Origin: an uncultured Verrucomicrobiota bacterium
GTDB lineage: Bacteria; Verrucomicrobiota; Kiritimatiellia; RFP12; UBA1067
Direction: 5' to 3'
Assembly: GCA_945947925.1 (NCBI GenBank)
Contig: CAMEZU010000001.1
Span: 1 to 29,220 of the forward strand
Length of the DNA: 29,220 bases
A program made the translations under genes and the position numbers. The notes beneath the pieces were generated by a model that did not search any database, was not told where the DNA came from, and was given only the letters and a program-made list of their open reading frames with translations. This document shows, in pieces, positions 20,348 through 27,865 of the stretch. The stretch's first letter is position 1. Each line of letters begins with the position of its first letter.

Positions 20348-21693
20348 GGAAAGACTTCACCCTCGTTGTTCGGACGGCGCTGCCGCTCGTCTTCGCCCAG
20401 CTCGCGTTCGCCGCGAACACCTTCGTGACGCAGTTCTTCCTCGCGCACCACTCGACGACGGCGCTCCACGCGTCGCTTCCCGCGTCGATGCTCGCAGTCA
20501 CGTACATGGTGTTCTTCAACATGACGCTCGGCTATGCGGGGACGATCTTCGCGCAGCGCCACGGCGGCGGCGACACGCGGGGCGCGCTCGCCGCGTTCGT
20601 GCAGTCCGTCTGGCTCACCCTCTTCACCCTGCCGCTCCTCGCCCTCGGCTGTCCGCTCGCGCGGCTCGTCCTCGGCGTCTTCAACACGTCGCCGGACGTC
20701 CTTGCCGCCGAGACGCGCTACTTCGACATCCTGATGCTCAACGCGGCCTTCACGATTCTCGCGCAGGTCCTCGGCGGTTTCTTCACGGGACAGGGAAAGA
20801 CGAAGTTCGTCGGACTCGTCACGGTCTTCGGGTTTCTCGTCAACATGGCGATCGCACCCGTCTTCATCGCCGGCTTCGCGGGACTCCCGGACGGCACGGC
20901 GGGCGCCGGCATCGCCCAGACGATCGCTCACGTCGTCCCGTGCGTCATCCTCGCCGTGGCCATCGCCCGCGCGCCCGAGTTCCGCGCGCGGACCGTCTCG
21001 CTCCGGCCGAGCCTCACGGCGCGGGAGACGATGGAGATCCTGCGGCTCGGAATGCCGAACGGACTCCGGACCGTCCTTGAGATCGGCGGGTTCTTCTGCT
21101 TCACGGCCTTCCTGTCCGAAGGCGCGCCGGCGGCGGTTGCGGCCTCGACGGCGGTCTTCGCCGTCAACAACATCCCCTACGGCGCCGTCCAGGGACTCGC
21201 CTCCGCGGTCGAGATCCTGGTCGGACGCGCCAGCGGCAGAAAGGACGCGGTCGCGGTGCGCGGCATCCTCGTGACGGCGACGATCCTTACCGTCGTCCTC
21301 GCCGTCCTCTACGTGAAGGTCCTCTGGCTCTTCCAGGACCCGATTCTCGATCCGTTCCTCAAGAACGCGCGCGTCACGTTGGAAGCCTTCCACGAAACGA
21401 CACGCGTCCTCGTCGCGATTGTCGCGGCGAAGACGCTGTTTGAGATGATGACGCTCGTCCTGCAGGGCGTGCTGCGCGGACTCGGCCGGACAGCCGACGT
21501 GTGCCGCGTGCAGGCGATCACCTCGTTCCTCGTCTGGATCCCGGCCTACGGCCTGGTCAGGATCTGCCACCCGACGGTGCCCGCCTACTGGCTGACGATG
21601 ATCCTCTCCGGCGTCGCCTCGTGCGTCCTGCTCGGACGCTCCGTGCTGAAGCGAATCACAGGCCGAAGCCGAAGTACTGGTTCGTGTTGTTGA
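20344..21693 (+). CDS. MATE family (MOP superfamily) transporter
   Basis: ATG overlaps the regulator TGA (ATGA). About 12 hydrophobic segments; PLVFAQL, GGFFTGQGKTK, ILRLGMPNG, VLQGVLRGLGRT. Confidence 0.85.
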   Translation: MRKDFTLVVRTALPLVFAQLAFAANTFVTQFFLAHHSTTALHASLPASMLAVTYMVFFNMTLGYAGTIFAQRHGGGDTRGALAAFVQSVWLTLFTLPLLALGCPLARLVLGVFNTSPDVLAAETRYFDILMLNAAFTILAQVLGGFFTGQGKTKFVGLVTVFGFLVNMAIAPVFIAGFAGLPDGTAGAGIAQTIAHVVPCVILAVAIARAPEFRARTVSLRPSLTARETMEILRLGMPNGLRTVLEIGGFFCFTAFLSEGAPAAVAASTAVFAVNNIPYGAVQGLASAVEILVGRASGRKDAVAVRGILVTATILTVVLAVLYVKVLWLFQDPILDPFLKNARVTLEAFHETTRVLVAIVAAKTLFEMMTLVLQGVLRGLGRTADVCRVQAITSFLVWIPAYGLVRICHPTVPAYWLTMILSGVASCVLLGRSVLKRITGRSRSTGSCC

Positions 21694-23071
21694 ACGAGAT
21701 GTCCTCGACGATCTGGCCAAGCAGCTTGAAGTCCGCGATGACCTCGCCGTTCTCGACCCACTGGCCGATCACGTTGCAGAGGATGCGGCGGAAATACTCG
21801 TGGCGCGCATACGAGAGGAACGAACGCGAGTCCGTCAGCATGCCGATGAAGCCGGCGAGCGAGCTCAGGTTCGCGAGGTCGCGCAACTGCTTCTCCATGC
21901 CGAGCTTGTGGTCGTTGAACCACCAGGCAGAACCGACCTGAACGCGCTGCGGGAACGAGCCGTCCGTCTGGAAGCAGCCCGCGATCGAGCCCATGATCTC
22001 GTTGTCGTTCTGGTTGAGCGAGTAGAGGACGACCTTCGGCATCGTGCCCGTCTGCTCGAACGCGTTGAGGAGGTTCGCGAGCGCCTTCGCGCCGCGCGTG
22101 TCGCCCACCGCGTCGAAGCCCGTGTCGGGACCGAGCGCCGCCATCATCTTGTCGGAGTTGTCGCGGATGCAGCCGTAGTGGAGCTGCATCACCCAGTCGC
22201 GCTTCGCATACTCGCCCGCCAGGTAGCGGAGGACCGCGGTGCGGAACGTGTCGCCCGCCGCGACGTCGATCGCCTTGCCGGCGCGGCCGTCGAGGAGGAT
22301 CCTGTCGAGCTCCTTCTCCGTCGCCTCGGCGTACACGGCGTAGTCGAGTCCGTGGTCGGACACCTTGCAGCCCTTGGACGCGAAGAACGCGATGCGCTCG
22401 CCGAGCGCCTTCGTCAGGTCCTTGAACTTCCGGATCTTGAACCCGACGACCGTCTCGAGCTTTTCGACATAGCCCGCGAACGGCTTCTTATCCACGTTGA
22501 AGGCCTTGTCCGGACGGAACGCCGGGAGCACCTTCACCTTGCACGTCCTGTCCGCCGCGATCTTGTCGTGCCACTCGAGCGAGTCGATCGGATCGTCCGT
22601 CGTGCAGATGAGCTTCACGTTGGACTGGTCGATGAGGCCGCGCACGCTCATGTTCTTCTGCGCGAGCTTCTTGTTGCACGTCGCGTAGATCTTCTTCGCG
22701 GACCTCTCGCAGAGCTGCTCGGTGACGCCGAAGTAGTTCTTGAGCTCGAGATACGTCCAGTGGTAGAGCGGGTTGCCGAGGAGGCGCGGGAGCGTCTTCG
22801 CCCAGGCGAGGAAGGTACGGTAGGGATCCGTATCCTTCGAGCCAGTGATGTCCGTCTCCGGCATGCCGCAGGTGCGCATCTGGCGCCACTTGTAGTGGTC
22901 GCCGCCGAGCCACACCTCGGTCACCGTCTTGTACCGCTTGTCCTCCGCGATGTCCTGCGGATTGATGTGGCAGTGGTAGTCGATGATCGGCATCTTCGCC
23001 GCATGCTCGTGGTACAGCTTCTTCGCCGCCGCCGTCTCCAACAGGAAATCCTTATCCAAGAACTTCTTCAC
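21656..23071 (-). CDS. uxaC: Uronate (glucuronate/galacturonate) isomerase
   Basis: GAGGAGG then GTG (KKFLDKDFLLET); PIIDYHCH, WLGGDHYKWR, CTTDDP, FRPDKA, MQLHYG, GSAWWFND, GMLTDSRSFLSYARHEYFRR. 3' end overlaps the MATE gene by 38 bp. Confidence 0.95.
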   Translation of the reverse strand: MKKFLDKDFLLETAAAKKLYHEHAAKMPIIDYHCHINPQDIAEDKRYKTVTEVWLGGDHYKWRQMRTCGMPETDITGSKDTDPYRTFLAWAKTLPRLLGNPLYHWTYLELKNYFGVTEQLCERSAKKIYATCNKKLAQKNMSVRGLIDQSNVKLICTTDDPIDSLEWHDKIAADRTCKVKVLPAFRPDKAFNVDKKPFAGYVEKLETVVGFKIRKFKDLTKALGERIAFFASKGCKVSDHGLDYAVYAEATEKELDRILLDGRAGKAIDVAAGDTFRTAVLRYLAGEYAKRDWVMQLHYGCIRDNSDKMMAALGPDTGFDAVGDTRGAKALANLLNAFEQTGTMPKVVLYSLNQNDNEIMGSIAGCFQTDGSFPQRVQVGSAWWFNDHKLGMEKQLRDLANLSSLAGFIGMLTDSRSFLSYARHEYFRRILCNVIGQWVENGEVIADFKLLGQIVEDISFNNTNQYFGFGL

Positions 23072-23126
23072 AAGATCCTCCTCATCCACGTGTTCTTCGT
23101 CACTCGTCACGACGCGTTGACCGCGC

Positions 23127-24230
23127 TCAGCGGTCGACGCGCGCACCGCCGCCGCCGACCATCTTCTCGATGTCCGCCTTCGTCGCCATCGACGTATCGC
23201 CGGGCGTGGTCATCGCGAACGCGCCGTGCGCGGCGCCGTAGTTGACGGCCTTCTCGGCGTCGTCGAAGGTCATGAAGCCGTAGATGAGGCCCGAGGCGAA
23301 AGAATCGCCGCCGCCGACGCGGTCGTAGATCTCGAGGCCGGGACGCTGGACGGAGCGGTGGAGCTGGCCCTTGTACCAGCAGATGGCGCTCCAGTCGTTG
23401 ACCGTCGCGGACTTCACGCTGCGGAGCGTCGTCGCGACCGCCTTGAAGTTCGGGTAGATGGAAACGGCCTTGTCGATCATCTTGCGGAAGCCCTCGATCG
23501 GAAGCGTCGTGAGGTTCGCGTCCACGCCCTCGACCTCGATGCCCAGGGCCGCGGTGAAGTCCTCCTCGTTGCCGATCATGACGTCGACGTACTTCGCGAT
23601 CTCCTTGTTGACCTCCTGGGCCTTGGCCTGTCCGCCGATGGACTTCCAGAGCGAGGCGCGGTAGTTGAGGTCGTAGGACGTCACGGTGCCGTACTTCTTC
23701 GCGGCCTTCAGGGCCTCGATCGCCACCTCGGCGGTCGTCTCGGAAAGCGCTGCGAAGATGCCGCCCGTATGGAACCAGCGCACGCCCTCCTTGCCGAAGA
23801 ACGCCTCCCAGTCGATCTCGCCGGGCTTGAGCTGGGAGATGGCCGTGAGGCCGCGGTCGGCACAGGAACGCGCGCCGCGGCAGCCATAGCCGCGCTCGAC
23901 GAAGTTGAGGCCGTTGCGGACCTCGCGGCCGATGCCGTCGAACGTGCGCCAGAGGACGTGGCTCACGTCGACGCCGCCCTGGAGCATGAAGTCCTCGACG
24001 AGACGGCCGACCGGATTGTCCGCGAACGCGGTGACCGCCGTCGTCTTGAGACCGAAGCAGCGGCGCAGGCCGCGCACGACGTTGTACTCGCCGCCGCCTT
24101 CCCAGACCTTGAACTCGCGGGCGGTGTGGATGCGTCCGTCGCCCGGATCGAGGCGAAGCATGATTTCACCGAGGGACGCCGCGTCCCACTGACAGGAACC
24201 GGCCGGCTTGACGTTAAGGGAATCTGACAT
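23127..24230 (-). CDS. kdgK: 2-keto-3-deoxygluconate kinase (PfkB family)
   Basis: LGEIMLRL, GGGEYNV, WFHTGGI, SYDLNYRASLW, IGNEED, DRVGGGDSFASGLIYG; RBS GGAAAGG. Confidence 0.9.
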   Translation of the reverse strand: MSDSLNVKPAGSCQWDAASLGEIMLRLDPGDGRIHTAREFKVWEGGGEYNVVRGLRRCFGLKTTAVTAFADNPVGRLVEDFMLQGGVDVSHVLWRTFDGIGREVRNGLNFVERGYGCRGARSCADRGLTAISQLKPGEIDWEAFFGKEGVRWFHTGGIFAALSETTAEVAIEALKAAKKYGTVTSYDLNYRASLWKSIGGQAKAQEVNKEIAKYVDVMIGNEEDFTAALGIEVEGVDANLTTLPIEGFRKMIDKAVSIYPNFKAVATTLRSVKSATVNDWSAICWYKGQLHRSVQRPGLEIYDRVGGGDSFASGLIYGFMTFDDAEKAVNYGAAHGAFAMTTPGDTSMATKADIEKMVGGGGARVDR

Positions 24231-24260
24231 TTTCGTATACCTTTCCAAATCTTTACGGTT

Positions 24261-24269
24261 ATTCTAGCA
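24261..24269 (-). promoter_or_regulatory. Extended -10 (TGC-TAGAAT) for kdgK-uxaC
   Basis: TGn+TAGAAT upstream of the kdgK RBS. Confidence 0.55.
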
Positions 24270-24279
24270 GAATCGGCAC

Positions 24280-24309
24280 TTGAAAGGATATAGCAAATAA
24301 TTGTACAAT
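24280..24309 (+). promoter_or_regulatory. Sigma70-type promoter of regulator 2
   Basis: TTGAAA, 18-nt spacer, TACAAT (24304-24309). Confidence 0.5.
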
Positions 24310-24342
24310 AATAGCACCATCCAATCATGTCCGCGAACCGCC

Positions 24343-25485
24343 ATGCACAACCACGAAGTCCTGCTGCTGATCAGTTCCGATCCGCCCACCCGCTACGAGG
24401 GCATCGCCCGTCTTGCCGGCGAGCACGGTTGGCACCTGCGCGCCGAGTCGCGGCGCTCGCCGCCGAAGGACTGGAGCGGCGACGGCGTCCTCGTGATGCT
24501 CAACGGGGACGAGGCCTTGATGCGCTTCGCGCGCTCCGTCCGCCGCCGGAAGATCCCGATGGTCGACCTCCTGGAGGAGTGCCCCGACTTTGACGCCGTG
24601 CGCGTCACCGGCGACAATCCTGAAATCGGACGCCTTGCCGCGACCCACTTCAACGAGCGCGACTTCCGTCACGCGGCGTTCTTTTCCGTCCGCCACAACC
24701 ACACGCACGACCTTCGCGTCGCGGGATTCAACGAAATCTGGCGGGGCCGTCCGCTCGAGAACTGGATCTGGCCGGACGTGGCGGGCGCCGGACAGGACGA
24801 CTGGCGGAAGATGGGCGCCTGGCTTGCGGCGAAGCTGAAGGACGCCCCGAAGCCGTTCGCGGTCTTCGCCTGGAACGACTACGACGCGACGCACGTCCTC
24901 AACGCCTGCCGGCAGGCCGACCTCAAGGTTCCAGACGACGTGTCGATCATCGGCGTCGACAACAACGAGGTCATCTGCGAGCACCAGAGCGTGAACCTCT
25001 CGTCCATCGCGCACGACCACGAGCGCATCGGCTACATGGCCGCCGCGACGCTGGAGCGGATGATGTCCGGCGGCGAGCCGTCCCGACGGCTGACGCGCAT
25101 CAAGCCCCAGGGCGTGATCACGCGCGAATCGACGGAAACGTTCGCCGTCTATGACAAGGCGCTTCAGCCGGCGATCGACTTCATCACCCGCAATCTCTCG
25201 CATCCGCTCGGCGCCGCCCAGATCGCCGCCGCCCTGAAGATTCCGCGCATCCGCCTCGACCGCCTGTTCGCGACGCGGCTCGGACACAGCGCCGGCGCGG
25301 AAATCGCCCGCCGGCGCATCGCCGAGGCGAAGCGGCTCCTGGACGGGACGGACCTGCCGCTCGCGGCCATCGCCGAGCGCTGCGGCTTCTGCCACGCCTC
25401 GTTCCTGATCCGCACCTTCAAGCGCGCGACCGGACTGACGCCCCACGGCTGGCGCCGAAGGAACGAGACCGCAGGTCGGGAATAA
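24343..25485 (+). CDS. Second XylR-type (sensor + AraC HTH) regulator
   Basis: PKPFAVFAWNDYDA, VPDDVSIIGVDN, LSSIAHD, RIAEAKRLL..LAAIAERCGFCHASFLIRTFKRATGLTPHGWR. Divergent from kdgK-uxaC. Confidence 0.9.
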   Translation: MHNHEVLLLISSDPPTRYEGIARLAGEHGWHLRAESRRSPPKDWSGDGVLVMLNGDEALMRFARSVRRRKIPMVDLLEECPDFDAVRVTGDNPEIGRLAATHFNERDFRHAAFFSVRHNHTHDLRVAGFNEIWRGRPLENWIWPDVAGAGQDDWRKMGAWLAAKLKDAPKPFAVFAWNDYDATHVLNACRQADLKVPDDVSIIGVDNNEVICEHQSVNLSSIAHDHERIGYMAAATLERMMSGGEPSRRLTRIKPQGVITRESTETFAVYDKALQPAIDFITRNLSHPLGAAQIAAALKIPRIRLDRLFATRLGHSAGAEIARRRIAEAKRLLDGTDLPLAAIAERCGFCHASFLIRTFKRATGLTPHGWRRRNETAGRE

Positions 25486-25502
25486 AAAAATCCCCTGAAG
25501 CG

Positions 25503-25868
25503 ACGTACGGCGAATAAGCCAGATTCTGTTCCCCTCCGACACCCTTGCGGACGAAGGAGGGTCCGATCATTCATCTCAGCAATCAACCCGGAATCTCAAG
25601 GGGCCTTGCGGCCCCGCCGGACGGGCAGCCCGTCGATTCCCTATTTGATCTTGCTCCGAGGAGGGTTTGCCCTGCGCGCGTCGTTTCAGCCGCGCCGGTG
25701 AGCTCTTACCTCACCCTTTCACTATCACCCGTGCGGGCTACCTGTTCTCTGTGGCACTTTCCATCGCGCGGGATTTCCCCGCGCCTTCCGCCCTTGACAA
25801 GCGGATCCTCCGCCCTGTGGAGTCCGGACTTTCCTCAGCCTCGCGGCCGCGACCGGTCACTCGTACGT
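25503..25868 (-). ncRNA. rnpB: RNase P RNA (bacterial type A); exact ends uncertain
   Basis: Conserved blocks GAGGAAAGTCCGGAC, GAAAGTGCCACAGA, GTGAAAGGGTGAGGTAAGAGCTCACC, GGCAAACCC, GGAGCAAG..AAATAGG, AGATGAAT and ACAGAATCTGGCTTAT, in the correct order. Confidence 0.95.
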
Positions 25869-25889
25869 CGCTTCAGGGGAAAAATTCAA

Positions 25890-26621
25890 TCAGTCGGCGC
25901 TGTAGAGGATGCGGCCGCACATCGTGCACGCCACGATGTTCTGCGGACGACCCGCCTCGCCGTTCTTTGCGTTCGCGCTCACGAGCTGCGCGACACTCGG
26001 CGGCTGCACCAGATGGCAACCGTCGCAGACGCCGTCGTGCGTCAGCGGAACGACAACCGGCCACCGCTTCATGCGGAGACGCTCGTAGTAAAGCATGAAC
26101 TTCGGGTCGCTGACGAGCTTCGCCTTCTCGGCGCGCTCCTTCTGGCACTCCGCGAGCTCAGCCTTCACGGCCGCAATGCGCTCGTCGATCTCGGCGCAGA
26201 ACGCGTCAACCCCGCCCTTCTCGGCGTCGAACTTCGCCTGCGCGTCGTCGACGCGGCTCTGCGCGGACGGAAGGTCGTCCATCGCCGCCAGCTGGTTGTT
26301 CTCCGTCGCCTCGAGGTCATGGTTCACCAGGTCGATCTGAATCGAATACTGCTGGTATTCCTTGTTGCTCGAAAGGCCAGCCTGGTTCAACTTCAGCTCG
26401 CGAACCTTCTCCTTCAGCGCCAAGGCATCGGCCTCGTAGTTCTTCACGCGCTGATTTGCATACGCCTGGCCAGCCTTCGCCGCCTCAAGATCGGCACTGA
26501 CGCCGGAAAGGCGCGCACGCTCGAGAGCCTGACGGCGGGGAAGATCCTTTAACTCAACCTCAAGCTCGCGAATGCGTCCGTCAGTCTCCTGCAAATCAAT
26601 CAACGTTTCGACAACCGTCAT
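25890..26621 (-). CDS. Coiled-coil protein with C-terminal C4 zinc ribbon (DUF164/CT398-like)
   Basis: LIDLQETDGRI, long heptad-rich region, LSSNKEYQQ, GVCDGCHL...VACTMCGRILY; RBS GAAGG. Confidence 0.9.
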   Translation of the reverse strand: MTVVETLIDLQETDGRIRELEVELKDLPRRQALERARLSGVSADLEAAKAGQAYANQRVKNYEADALALKEKVRELKLNQAGLSSNKEYQQYSIQIDLVNHDLEATENNQLAAMDDLPSAQSRVDDAQAKFDAEKGGVDAFCAEIDERIAAVKAELAECQKERAEKAKLVSDPKFMLYYERLRMKRWPVVVPLTHDGVCDGCHLVQPPSVAQLVSANAKNGEAGRPQNIVACTMCGRILYSAD

Positions 26622-26644
26622 GGCCGAATATCCTTCTTCAGGTC

Positions 26645-26722
26645 TGGGGCAGGAGACGGGACTCGAACCCGCAACCCACAGAATCACAATCTGTTGATCT
26701 AACCAATTGATCTACTCCCGCC
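26645..26722 (-). tRNA. tRNA-His (GTG), with encoded G-1 and CCA
   Basis: G+GCGGGAG/CTCCTGC+C acceptor, ACAGA-TTGTGAT-TCTGT anticodon arm, GGTTCGAGTCC T-arm. Confidence 0.95.
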
Positions 26723-26726
26723 ATGA

Positions 26727-26802
26727 TGGAGCCAGGTAAGGGACTCGAACCCCCGACCTGCTCATTACGAATGAGCCGCACTACCAACTGTGCTAACCTG
26801 GC
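26727..26802 (-). tRNA. tRNA-Thr (CGT), CCA encoded
   Basis: GCCAGGT/ACCTGGC acceptor, GCTCA-TTCGTAA-TGAGC anticodon arm, TTCGAGT T-loop. Confidence 0.95.
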
Positions 26803-26819
26803 CTTGTGATTGGTTGCAT

Positions 26820-26849
26820 AGTATATCAAACGAACCCCGCGTCAGTCAA
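26820..26849 (-). promoter_or_regulatory. Promoter of the tRNA-Thr/tRNA-His/zinc-ribbon/rnpB unit
   Basis: TTGACT (26849-26844), 18-nt spacer ending TGA, TATACT (26825-26820). Confidence 0.7.
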
Positions 26850-26913
26850 CGGGGAATTTGAAAAAATTTCTCCCTTTGAAACGCCGTCCCTTCTTCTGCT
26901 AGGGGTAGAGATT

Positions 26914-26990
26914 TGGTGGGCGGTGAGGGGCACGATCCCCCGACCCTCTCCGTGTAAAGGAGATGCTCTAGCCAACTGAGCTAACCGCCC
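26914..26990 (-). tRNA. tRNA-Val (TAC), CCA encoded, non-canonical T-loop
   Basis: GGGCGGT/ACCGCCC acceptor, GCTC/GAGC D-stem, TCTCC-TTTACAC-GGAGA anticodon arm, T-loop ATCGTGC. Confidence 0.93.
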
Positions 26991-27008
26991 GAATCAAAAG
27001 GTGGTGGT

Positions 27009-27017
27009 ATTATAGCA
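27009..27017 (-). promoter_or_regulatory. Extended -10 (TGC-TATAAT) of tRNA-Val
   Basis: Perfect consensus just past the tatD stop, 18 nt upstream of the tRNA. Confidence 0.7.
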
Positions 27018-27022
27018 AAAAT

Positions 27023-27793
27023 TCAGCACCCGAGGAGACGGCAGGCGTTCCCCGTCGTCAGCAGGGCGAGCGCCTCCGGCGTCGTGCCGCGGAGATCGGC
27101 GAGGAACTTGGCTGTATGGACGACGAAGGCGGGCTCGTTCGGGTTGCCGCGCTTGGGCACCGGGGCGAGGAACGGGGAGTCGGTCTCGATGAGGAGCCGG
27201 TCGTCCGGCACGTAGCGGGCGGACTCGCGGACGTTGTCCGCCGCCCGAAACGTGACGATGCCCGAGATGGAGACGAAGAAGCCGAGGTCGAGGAGCTTCC
27301 CGCAGAACTTCGGCGTTCCCGTGAAACAGTGGATGATGCCCTTCGACGGAATCTCCCGCAGGACGCCGAGCGTGTCGTCGTCCGCCTCGCGCGTGTGGAT
27401 GACGACGGGAAGGTCGAGCTGCCGCGCCAGCTCGAGCTGCCGCGCGAAAAGCGCGAGCTGGTCCTTCCGCGTCGCGCCTTCGTAATAGTAGTCGAGTCCG
27501 ATCTCGCCCACCGCCGAGACGCCCGTGTAGTCAAGCTCGGGCAGGTCCTTCCCCGCCTGGTCGCGGTCCCAGCCGAGGGCCTTCAGGACCGAAGGCAGAG
27601 GTTGGGGCGTTTGGGTTGTTTGGCCGCTTGGGTTGGCGGCGAGGTCAGCCGCAAGCCCGGCGCCCCGGTTGAGGCTTTCGCTGCCGCCGATGGCCATGAG
27701 ACGGGTGACGCCGGACGCGAAGGCCCGCTCGAGAACGGCCGCCGTCTCCTCGGACGTTCCCTCGAAATGCGCATGCGTATCGAACAGTTCCAT
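27023..27793 (-). CDS. tatD: TatD family metal-dependent hydrolase/DNase
   Basis: FDTHAH, VGEIGLDY, PVVIHTRE, IIHCFTG, LLIETDSPFLAP, NEPAFV. True start is ATG 27793; the track's 711-aa ORF adds a spurious extension antisense to rlmN. Confidence 0.92.
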   Translation of the reverse strand: MELFDTHAHFEGTSEETAAVLERAFASGVTRLMAIGGSESLNRGAGLAADLAANPSGQTTQTPQPLPSVLKALGWDRDQAGKDLPELDYTGVSAVGEIGLDYYYEGATRKDQLALFARQLELARQLDLPVVIHTREADDDTLGVLREIPSKGIIHCFTGTPKFCGKLLDLGFFVSISGIVTFRAADNVRESARYVPDDRLLIETDSPFLAPVPKRGNPNEPAFVVHTAKFLADLRGTTPEALALLTTGNACRLLGC

Positions 27794-27801
27794 AACGGAA
27801 T

Positions 27802-27835
27802 AGTATAGCAGAAGACGGCCTGCTGATGGTATAAT
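27802..27835. promoter_or_regulatory. Back-to-back extended -10 elements for tatD (minus) and rlmN (plus)
   Basis: Minus TGC-TATACT (hexamer 27807-27802) and plus TGG-TATAAT (hexamer 27830-27835). Confidence 0.6.
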
Positions 27836-27865
27836 ACTCTCTCTTGAAAGACGGACGATCCCCCT

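Noticed and set aside
23072-23146. N-terminal extension of UxaC overlapping kdgK
   Set aside because: A strong SD (GAGGAGG) before GTG 23071 and the typical UxaC N-terminus (KKFLDKDFLL) argue against it.
24326-24341. CATGTCCGCGAACCGC resembling the regulator-1 operator
   Set aside because: It needs a 1-nt gap, has no partner at 23 bp, and lies downstream of the predicted -10.
26638-26829. Small ORFs over the tRNA cluster, and the 26687 start for the zinc-ribbon gene
   Set aside because: They are translations of tRNA-His/Thr sequence; the RBS supports ATG 26621.
26851-26874. Imperfect palindrome GGGGAATTTGAAAAAATTTCTCCC
   Set aside because: AT-rich stem directly upstream of the tRNA -35; more simply an UP element or weak tRNA-Val terminator, and not diagnostic.
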